DNA of 64,000 nucleotides from Candidatus Neptunichlamydia sp. (GTDB lineage Bacteria; Chlamydiota; Chlamydiia; Chlamydiales; Simkaniaceae): NCBI GenBank assembly GCA_965233865.1, contig OZ247587.1, positions 448,001 to 512,000 of the forward strand, read 5' to 3'. Shown piece by piece: positions 58,713 to 64,000 of this stretch (position 1 is its first letter; each line of letters starts with the position of its first letter). The notes under the pieces were generated by a model. It saw only the letters and a program-made list of their open reading frames with translations, ran no database searches and was not told where the DNA came from. The position numbers and the translations under genes were made by a program.

Positions 58713-58862
58713 TTAGTTACAGTAACACTTTGCACAGTTGTTTGGACAAGGGCATTCCGAGTGCGTGCATCCACATTCTGAGTCAGTACTGGTTGTCGGG
58801 GCTTCTGCTTGAGAGCAAGCAGCAAAAAGAAAGATTAAAGGAATAAAGAAGAGCTTTTTCAT
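58713..58862 (-). CDS. Small cysteine-rich lipoprotein (49 aa)
   Basis: MKKLFFIPLIFLFAAC lipobox followed by CGCTHSECPCPNNCAKCYCN. Confidence 0.75.
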   Translation of the reverse strand: MKKLFFIPLIFLFAACSQAEAPTTSTDSECGCTHSECPCPNNCAKCYCN

Positions 58863-59045
58863 AAAACATCTCGGGTTAAGCTTTTTCCTTGATATACGAT
58901 AAAGTAGAAAAAATTGCAAAAACTTCTTCAATAAGAGATGGATTCTAGAAAATTTTATTCCTAGAAAGAAAATTTTAGCTTATGCAAAATGACAGGAGCG
59001 AATAGATGGCGCTTTGGAGTACTAAATTTAATATGGGATAGGCTC

Positions 59046-60347
59046 ATGGATGCGAAACTAAAGTTAAAGGGAAAGGAAATCTTCGAAAAGTCATTGGAAG
59101 TTATTCCAGGAGGTGTCAATTCACCGGTTCGGGCGTTCACTGAACTTGGGATGGATCCTTTAATTGTAGAGAACGGAGCAGGGGACACGATTACTGATGT
59201 TGACAATCGGACTTTTATCGACTATTGCATGAGTTGGGGGGCTCTTCTTCATGGGCATGCCCACCCTGAGATCGTAGAGGTCGCTGCAGAGAGGATCAAA
59301 GGAGGAAGTTCATTTGGGGTTGCAACTGAAGTTGAGGAAAAGCTTGCACGCGCAATAACAGTGGGGATAAACTGCGTCGACCAGGTCCGTTTTGTCTCCT
59401 CAGGGACAGAAGCTACTATGTCGGCAGTACGACTTGCTAGGGGATATACTTCGCGTCCTATCGTGATCAAATTTAATGGGAATTATCATGGGCACTCAGA
59501 TGGTTTTTTGGTTAAAGCTGGTTCTGGTGTGTCCCAAATAAGTAATGACTCTAGCTCCGATGGGGTCCTAAGGGAAGTGGTAAAAAACACAATTTCTCTT
59601 CCTTACAATGATATAGATACCTTTAAAAAGGTGATGCGGAATCCATTTTACTCCCAGTTTGTAGCAACTGTTGTTCTTGAACCTATTGCAGCGAATATGG
59701 GGGTAGTCCTCCCATCAACTGAGTTTCTTCAAGCTTTGAGAGAGGAAACAAAGCGGATTGGAGCTCTACTGATATTTGATGAAGTGATTACGGGATTCCG
59801 AGTGGCTTTTGGAGGAGCGCAAGAGCTCTATGGGACTGAGCCTGACATAGTCTGTTTTGGTAAAATTATTGGGGGCGGATTTCCAGCAGCAGCATTTGGT
59901 GGTAGTCGAGAAATTATGAGTCGATTAGCTCCAATGGGGAAAGTCTATCAGGCAGGAACTCTTTCAGGAAATCCTGTGGCGATGGAAGCTGGTCTTAAAG
60001 CCATTGAGATTGCTAGTGCAGAGGGATTTTATGAAGAGATTGAAAGAAAAACAAAGGTGATCACTGAGCCTGTCAAGCGTGCACTAAAGGAAAAAGAGAT
60101 TCCCTCTTGTATACAAGATGTGACAGGAATGTTCACACTGTTCTTGGGACCTAAAGAGGTGACATGCTTTGAAGACCTAAAGGAGCTGGACAAGGAGGGG
60201 TTTAATCGGTATTTTCGTTTTATGTGGGATCGCGGAATTTACATTTCCCCTTCTCCATATGAGGCGTGCTTTATCTCCTCAGTACATACAGAGGCTCACT
60301 TAGAAAAAACGCGCGATGCAATTTTGGAATTTATAGAGACATGTTAA
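59046..60347 (+). CDS. hemL: Glutamate-1-semialdehyde 2,1-aminomutase
   Basis: IPGGVNSPVRAF, SSGTEATMSAVRLARG, FDEVITGFR, GKIIGGG and YQAGTLSGNP motifs. Confidence 0.96.
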   Translation: MDAKLKLKGKEIFEKSLEVIPGGVNSPVRAFTELGMDPLIVENGAGDTITDVDNRTFIDYCMSWGALLHGHAHPEIVEVAAERIKGGSSFGVATEVEEKLARAITVGINCVDQVRFVSSGTEATMSAVRLARGYTSRPIVIKFNGNYHGHSDGFLVKAGSGVSQISNDSSSDGVLREVVKNTISLPYNDIDTFKKVMRNPFYSQFVATVVLEPIAANMGVVLPSTEFLQALREETKRIGALLIFDEVITGFRVAFGGAQELYGTEPDIVCFGKIIGGGFPAAAFGGSREIMSRLAPMGKVYQAGTLSGNPVAMEAGLKAIEIASAEGFYEEIERKTKVITEPVKRALKEKEIPSCIQDVTGMFTLFLGPKEVTCFEDLKELDKEGFNRYFRFMWDRGIYISPSPYEACFISSVHTEAHLEKTRDAILEFIETC

Positions 60348-62527
60348 AAAAAATCATTATTTTTCTTCTTTTTTTTGTTGCTCTTGCTTTTGGGAAAGAC
60401 AACTATCTTTATATGCGAGGGTATCTAGGAGCTGAATTGATTGATGCGGCTTCCGAAAGCTTTGAGGAAGGAAGGGCTGCGAATCGGATTATTATTCAGC
60501 TGGATTCTTCTTCGGGAGAGCTTCGGGAGGTGTTCCCCCTTGCAAAAAAAATCTATGATCTCAAGCTTAAGGAAGATAAATATATTGTTGTATACATTCA
60601 GGGGAAAGCTGTAGGACCCGCAGCCATCTTCCCTTTTATTGCTGATAAAGTCATTACAACCCCGCTTGTTGCTTGGGGAGACATCCCCTATAGCACGAGA
60701 AATGAGATGACCTCTAAACAGATCTCATTCGCGCTAAAACCTTTAATAAATCAGGATCGAGGGATATCGTCTACGCTTGAAACGCTCGTTGATGCAATGG
60801 TAGACCCTCACTATCAGCTTGTTTATAAAGGGGGCACAGGAAAAATTGAAAAGGATAAAGCTCCTCATTTTGATCCACTGATTCTTAATTTAAAAGGAAT
60901 GCAATCTTTGGGGCTTGTAAGTCAAGTTTTAACAGACGATACTTTTTCAAGTAAGTATCTCTCTGAAAAGCACCAAGGAACTTATAAGGCAGCCCAAGAA
61001 TCAAAAGAGGAACTCAATCATGAGTTCCGCAAATATATTAAATATACTGAAACGGGGGGGAACTACGTAGGCTATATTCATATTGGCAATGAGCGCCCCA
61101 TTGATCAATCAACCTATATCTACATGAAATTTGCTTTGAAAGATTTTGTTGAACAAGGGGTAAGCTTTGTTGTTCTAAATCTCAATACACCTGGAGGTGA
61201 AATCTTGTCAGCACTTAAGATTGTAGACCTTCTTCAAAAGCTCGATGTTCAACATAAGATTCCTGTAGTAGCTTTCGTTAATAATTGGGCTGTCTCTGCC
61301 GGGGCAATGCTTGCCTACGCATGCCGCTTTATTGCAGTGGAATCAAACTCTATCATGGGAGCAGCAGAACCCGTTATTTTAGGGCAAAAGGGGGAGATGG
61401 TTACAGCTTCTGAAAAAGTAAACTCTGCTCTTCGTGCTCAGTTTGGTACTTTAGCAAGCTTTTATGGCAGAAATTCTTTGATTGCTGAGGCCATGGTCGA
61501 CAAAGACCTTGTTTTAGTTCTTCGCGATCATAAAATTATTCGCTTAAACAATATCGATGAAGTTAGGAGTGCAGGAGCTCATCCTGATATGCTGATTTCT
61601 GGAAAGGGAAAGCTATTGACATTGAGTGGGCAGCTGCTGCTTGATCTAGGAGTTGCAGACTTCATGGTTCCTACTGCCCCCTCTGGGGTGATTACTGATA
61701 AAGAATGGAAACAAGGGGTTTGGCCAGCGAGTAAAAATTTAGTTTTTCAAGAGCCATTTTTCGCTCAAATTCCGCATGCTGTGATGGTCGACTATCATGA
61801 TTGGCGTGTCGGTTTCTTTACCGTCCTAACCCACCCTGTGATTGCCTCACTTCTGTTTATTGGTCTCGTAATAGGGCTTTATATTGAGATTAACACGCCA
61901 GGATTTGGGGTACCTGGTTCCATTGCTCTAGGCTGCCTTACCCTAATTTTGCTTTCAAGTTTTGCGAGCCATGCGATCAATTGGATTGAAATTATCATCC
62001 TCACCGTTGGTCTCATCTTTCTCGCCCTTGAGCTTTTTGTGATTCCTGGATTTGGGATAACAGGAATCTTAGGGATTATTTTGACGATTATTGGTCTTTT
62101 TGCTTTAATGCTCCCAGGGATTGACAAGCTTAACTTTCTTGAACCTGAAACCTTTCGTCTCGTTGGCGAGACATTTGTTGAACGTTTATCCTGGCTTTTC
62201 GGGGGGCTCGTTTTTGCCATTATTGCGATTGTTTTGATGGCCCGCTTCTTTTCCGACCGTTATTTTCGTTTTTCGAAGCTGATTTTAAAAGGAGAGCAGG
62301 AAGGATATGTATCGGGAATGCCAAAAGAAATGATGCCTGAAGTCGGGGCGCTAGGGGAAACCGTTACCCCCTTGCGCCCTTCTGGAAAGGTCCATATTGG
62401 AGAAAATATGTTTGATGCAATGTCTCAAGGGGATTTTGTTGAAAAAAACACTCCAGTTGAAGTGCTGAAAACCGAAGGAAGTAAAGTGATTGTTAAAGCA
62501 ATTAAAGAGCACAAGGATTCTTTATGA
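60341..62527 (+). CDS. Long NfeD-family membrane-bound serine protease
   Basis: LNTPGG, AVSAGAML, GAAEP and KGKLLTL motifs, TM region, C-terminal TPLRPSGK OB domain; likely ATG at 60341. Confidence 0.88.
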   Translation: MLKKIIIFLLFFVALAFGKDNYLYMRGYLGAELIDAASESFEEGRAANRIIIQLDSSSGELREVFPLAKKIYDLKLKEDKYIVVYIQGKAVGPAAIFPFIADKVITTPLVAWGDIPYSTRNEMTSKQISFALKPLINQDRGISSTLETLVDAMVDPHYQLVYKGGTGKIEKDKAPHFDPLILNLKGMQSLGLVSQVLTDDTFSSKYLSEKHQGTYKAAQESKEELNHEFRKYIKYTETGGNYVGYIHIGNERPIDQSTYIYMKFALKDFVEQGVSFVVLNLNTPGGEILSALKIVDLLQKLDVQHKIPVVAFVNNWAVSAGAMLAYACRFIAVESNSIMGAAEPVILGQKGEMVTASEKVNSALRAQFGTLASFYGRNSLIAEAMVDKDLVLVLRDHKIIRLNNIDEVRSAGAHPDMLISGKGKLLTLSGQLLLDLGVADFMVPTAPSGVITDKEWKQGVWPASKNLVFQEPFFAQIPHAVMVDYHDWRVGFFTVLTHPVIASLLFIGLVIGLYIEINTPGFGVPGSIALGCLTLILLSSFASHAINWIEIIILTVGLIFLALELFVIPGFGITGILGIILTIIGLFALMLPGIDKLNFLEPETFRLVGETFVERLSWLFGGLVFAIIAIVLMARFFSDRYFRFSKLILKGEQEGYVSGMPKEMMPEVGALGETVTPLRPSGKVHIGENMFDAMSQGDFVEKNTPVEVLKTEGSKVIVKAIKEHKDSL

Positions 62528-62979
62528 TTGTTGCAATTGGAGTAGGGATTCTTGGTCTTCTCCTTATCTATTTAGAATTTTTTGTACCAGGGGGGATTTT
62601 AGGAGTTCTTGGAGGCATAGTTGTTCTGATCTCAATTGTTTTGTTTGTTTGGGGGACTGGGAAGCTATGGTTTTCTATCCTATTCATTGCAGTGACGATT
62701 TTCCTTCTTATTCTGACAATTAGGCTTGCTTTATGGAAGATTAAGCAGAAACCTGAAATGTTTGCGCAGGATGAGCAATCAGGTTATGTGGCGTCGAGTT
62801 TTGACAAGGCCCTTGTCGGAAAAGAAGGAGAAGCTTTGACAAACCTAAAGCCATCGGGTCATGTGATGGTTGAAGGGGATCGGCATCAAGCTGTTTCAGA
62901 AAGCAGTTACATTAAAAAGGGTGAATTGGTTAAGATCACTGGTGGCGAAGGGGCACGTTTAATCTGCAAAAGAGTTTAG
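62524..62979 (+). CDS. Short NfeD-family protein
   Basis: LEFFVPGGILG and GKEGEALTNLKPSG motifs. Confidence 0.88.
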   Translation: MIVAIGVGILGLLLIYLEFFVPGGILGVLGGIVVLISIVLFVWGTGKLWFSILFIAVTIFLLILTIRLALWKIKQKPEMFAQDEQSGYVASSFDKALVGKEGEALTNLKPSGHVMVEGDRHQAVSESSYIKKGELVKITGGEGARLICKRV

Positions 62980-63009
62980 GAATATATTAATTCACGGAAA
63001 GGTTCACTC

Positions 63010-64000
63010 ATGGAAGACTCAACACTCGGTATTTACGCTCTTATTATCCTCTTAGGAATCATTGGGCTAATCTTTATTATTATTCTTGGGAAATACATCA
63101 AGCTATGGTTTCAGGCGTATGTCTCAGGAACCCCTATTTCTATTTTTAATATTATTGGAATGAGCCTTCGAAAGATCCCTCCACAAATCATTGTGAATGC
63201 TAGAATTAATTCTTATAAAGCAGGACTAAAGGGGATTTCTGCTTCTGATCTTGAGACTCATTTTCTAGCTGGTGGACGAGTTCTTGAAGTTGTTCGTGCA
63301 ATGATTGCTGCTGATAAGGCAAATATTCCGCTTGATTGGCGTCAAGCGACTGCAATTGATCTGGCAGGACGAGATATTCTTGAGGCCGTTCGTACATCAG
63401 TTAACCCTAAGGTTATTGATTGTCCCAGCCCTGATATTAACCTGTCGATTACCGCAGTTGCAAAAGATGGAGTTCAACTTCTTTGTCGCGCCCGAGTAAC
63501 TGTTCGAACCAACATTAAGCAGCTAGTTGGGGGTGCAACTGAAGAAACAATCATTGCCCGTGTAGGTGAAGGGATTGTTAACTCAATTGGAGCTTCTCAG
63601 ACCCACGCTGATGTTTTAGAATCTCCACAGATGATTACCCAGCTAGTCCTTGATAAAGGACTCGATGCGCAGACAGCCTTTGAGATTCTTTCAATTGATA
63701 TCGCTGATATCAGTGTCGGGGAAAATATTGGAGCGAAACTTAAGATTGATCGTGCTGAATCAGACAAGCAAGTGGCTCAAGCAAAAGCCGAAGAGCGGCG
63801 CGCAATGGCTGTTGCCGCAGAACAAGAAAATCGCGCTAAAGTTGTCTTGGCAGAGGCCGAGATCCCTAAAGCAATGGCTCTAGCTTTCCAGTCTGGAAAT
63901 TTAGGTATCATGGATTACTATAAGATGAGAAATATCCAATCCGATACAAAGATGCGAGATGCTCTTTCTGAGTATGATGGTGAGGATAAAGATGGAAGAA
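63010..64000 (+). CDS. floA: Flotillin-like protein FloA/YqfA (3' end beyond window)
   Basis: [52 protein letters not shown] and [17 protein letters not shown] motifs. Confidence 0.92.
   Translation, partial: MEDSTLGIYALIILLGIIGLIFIIILGKYIKLWFQAYVSGTPISIFNIIGMSLRKIPPQIIVNARINSYKAGLKGISASDLETHFLAGGRVLEVVRAMIAADKANIPLDWRQATAIDLAGRDILEAVRTSVNPKVIDCPSPDINLSITAVAKDGVQLLCRARVTVRTNIKQLVGGATEETIIARVGEGIVNSIGASQTHADVLESPQMITQLVLDKGLDAQTAFEILSIDIADISVGENIGAKLKIDRAESDKQVAQAKAEERRAMAVAAEQENRAKVVLAEAEIPKAMALAFQSGNLGIMDYYKMRNIQSDTKMRDALSEYDGEDKDGR

Overview
A chromosomal segment from an environmental member of the Chlamydiae, most consistent with Simkaniaceae. This is inferred from gene content (Slc1/CesT and SycD type III secretion chaperones, CT253/CT254-like genes, chlamydial dnaA-yidC, class I aldolase), not from a database search. 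Most of the window is housekeeping and transport genes: gatA/C, brnQ, cysteine desulfurase, PP2C phosphatase, glgX, dnaA, a frameshift-split yidC, oppBCDF plus a distant oppA, fbaB, an ABC-2 exporter, mlaEFD, hemL and an nfeD-nfeD-floA operon. The main accessory elements are: (1) a candidate Ile/Val/Leu-rich leader-peptide attenuator upstream of brnQ; (2) four paralogous membrane-anchored or lipoprotein kinase-fold proteins in two tandem pairs, one apparently a pseudokinase; (3) a 5.4-kb Tn3/Tn1000-like transposon with about 79-bp ends, an intact resolvase and res site, a decayed transposase and two cargo genes, flanked by IS5 and IS3 remnants and a MazF-like fragment; (4) a divergent SycD-translocator operon; (5) a secreted serpin, a small Cys-rich lipoprotein and a probable CX5R pseudophosphatase. 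I saw no rRNA, tRNA or CRISPR array.
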